A stretch of DNA of 64,000 nt from Octopus bimaculoides (taxonomy: Eukaryota), in the NCBI RefSeq assembly GCF_001194135.2, contig NC_068992.1:53296304-53360303 (forward strand). Direction: 5' to 3'. Position 1 is the first letter of the stretch. Each line of letters starts with the position of its first letter. Made by a program: the position numbers and the translations under genes. This document shows, in pieces, positions 62,509 through 64,000 of this stretch. The notes beneath the pieces are model-generated. The model saw only the letters and a program-made list of their open reading frames with translations, was not told the origin of the DNA and ran no database searches.

Positions 62509-63691
62509 ATAATCATGTACCTAGAGGAGAAATAATTACTTCTGTGCGTTATGATTTCCCTGCACAACTGTGCAGAATTTTGTGCACTAGATGTCCTTGC
62601 AGTGTTGTGTTTTGCTTTGGTGCGTTGATTATGCATTTTTCAGCTTGTTTTATAATTATTCCCATGATAGCTATAAAATATTTCTGCTATAATTCAGCTT
62701 ATTTGTCTTACAGTTATTTCAAACTACTCATATTTAAATAATTTCCCCATTTCTCTCAGATTTAAACATGCATTCCAATTTTTTTTTTTTTTGCAATAAT
62801 TAGTAGGTACCTCTTTTCCTGAAAGTGCCACAGATCAATAGAGTCACCAGCCCCCACAGAACCAACCCCTTTAAGCGTCAAATCTAGCGAATAAATGTTT
62901 CAACTGTCTAACGCACTCTATCTTGGCTAAAGCCGGAGTCGCAAAGATAAATATGGTTGTATCTTTATAATTTCTACAGATTCTCTTCTTAATCAAGGTA
63001 TTCTACTTCAGTACACAACTCAAGCTGTTTCTCTTATGAAAGAGTGGATGTTGCCTTGCTATAATGAATATTCAAGTTTTGGATTCCAGCTTTGTGCTTC
63101 TCAGAACATCATATAAATATGTTTCTTTTATTTTCTCTCCCTTTTTCTTTTTGTCATGCAGTGACATTTATCGCTCTACGCATTGTAATCAGCACACTGC
63201 TTGTTATCGTTTCTTTGTTTCAAATTTCTTCTGTTGTTCCTTCATTTTTCTCACAATTGTCTGTCATTTCAACATGTTTTACCTGATTTGTATTTGTTGT
63301 TTTCATTGAAAACAGAAATGAGTTGTTTCGGTTTAGTTCTTGTAACAGTAGTTCATTATTAGTATCCAGACACTTTTATAGTTCTAGAATAAATATTTTA
63401 TAATAGATTTTAGTCGCTTACGTCTCCTATCTCCATATAATGATGGCAAATATAATCTTTCTCTAAAATATTTTGTGTATTGTATTATAGATTCAATCAT
63501 TATTTTGCAGATAGAGCGGAAAAGTAGGGAGGAGAGGTGTCCGGTTGGAATATTCTCTGCTAATAGAGATAGCGATATATTTTTTTTATAATTCTAGTTT
63601 TGTCTCTATCAGCAGAATTGTTTGTCATTTATACATGCTTAATGTATCTGTTTTTTTGTTATTTTCTATAGTTACTGACTAAGATTTATTA

Positions 63692-64000
63692 TTAATATTC
63701 CCAGTATCCAAGTCCGTCTCCACTTATTAGGGCAGGGCGAGTAATTGTTGCATCTACCTCCGGGGGATCTCTTCCACCCAACCCTGAAAGCACGTCTTCC
63801 AAGGTAAGTATTACCCCGTCCGTTTTCAGGGAGGCTACCGAATGTTGCCTGGCCTTTTCCTCGGATGCAAATCGCACCTCCATATTTGCGTATTTCCTCC
63901 CTCTAGCTAGGTAGGTGACATCCTGCAAGGTAGGTGTCAATGCCTTCACTATTTGTAGTTTCGTCACTACCTCCATTCTCTTTGAATCCCGACTATACTT
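63692..64000 (-). mobile_element. L1/Tx1-like LINE ORF1 (RRM-type) fragment, continues beyond the window end
   Basis: KALTPTLQDVTYLARGRKYANMEVRFASEEKARQH...LKTDGVIL, then a frameshift to YLGRRAFRV and PPEV; resembles ORF1 RRM-like regions (EV.F..EE.A ... YLGRR..RV.V..IPPE). Confidence 0.55.

Overview
AT-rich, gap-ridden (many N runs) animal draft-scaffold window. It is most likely octopus, inferred from tRNA-derived SINEs resembling the octopus OK/OR1/OR2 families and from the very dense microsatellites. No intact host protein-coding gene is recognisable; nearly all long ORFs in the track are microsatellite or N-gap artefacts. The window is a transposon graveyard: about 13 SINE copies from at least four modular families, four R4/Dong-clade non-LTR fragments plus one R4 RT fragment, two DD37D (maT) and one DD41D Tc1/mariner relics, a pogo/Tigger HTH relic and an L1/Tx1-like ORF1 fragment. 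The most notable observation is two unrelated non-autonomous repeat families carrying minimal type-I hammerhead ribozyme motifs in Penelope-like inverted arrangements (7800-8720 and 22327-22749). The second couples a tRNA-derived Pol III head to a hammerhead tail in a head-to-head fold-back. All motif calls were made by eye; no searches or folding programs were run.
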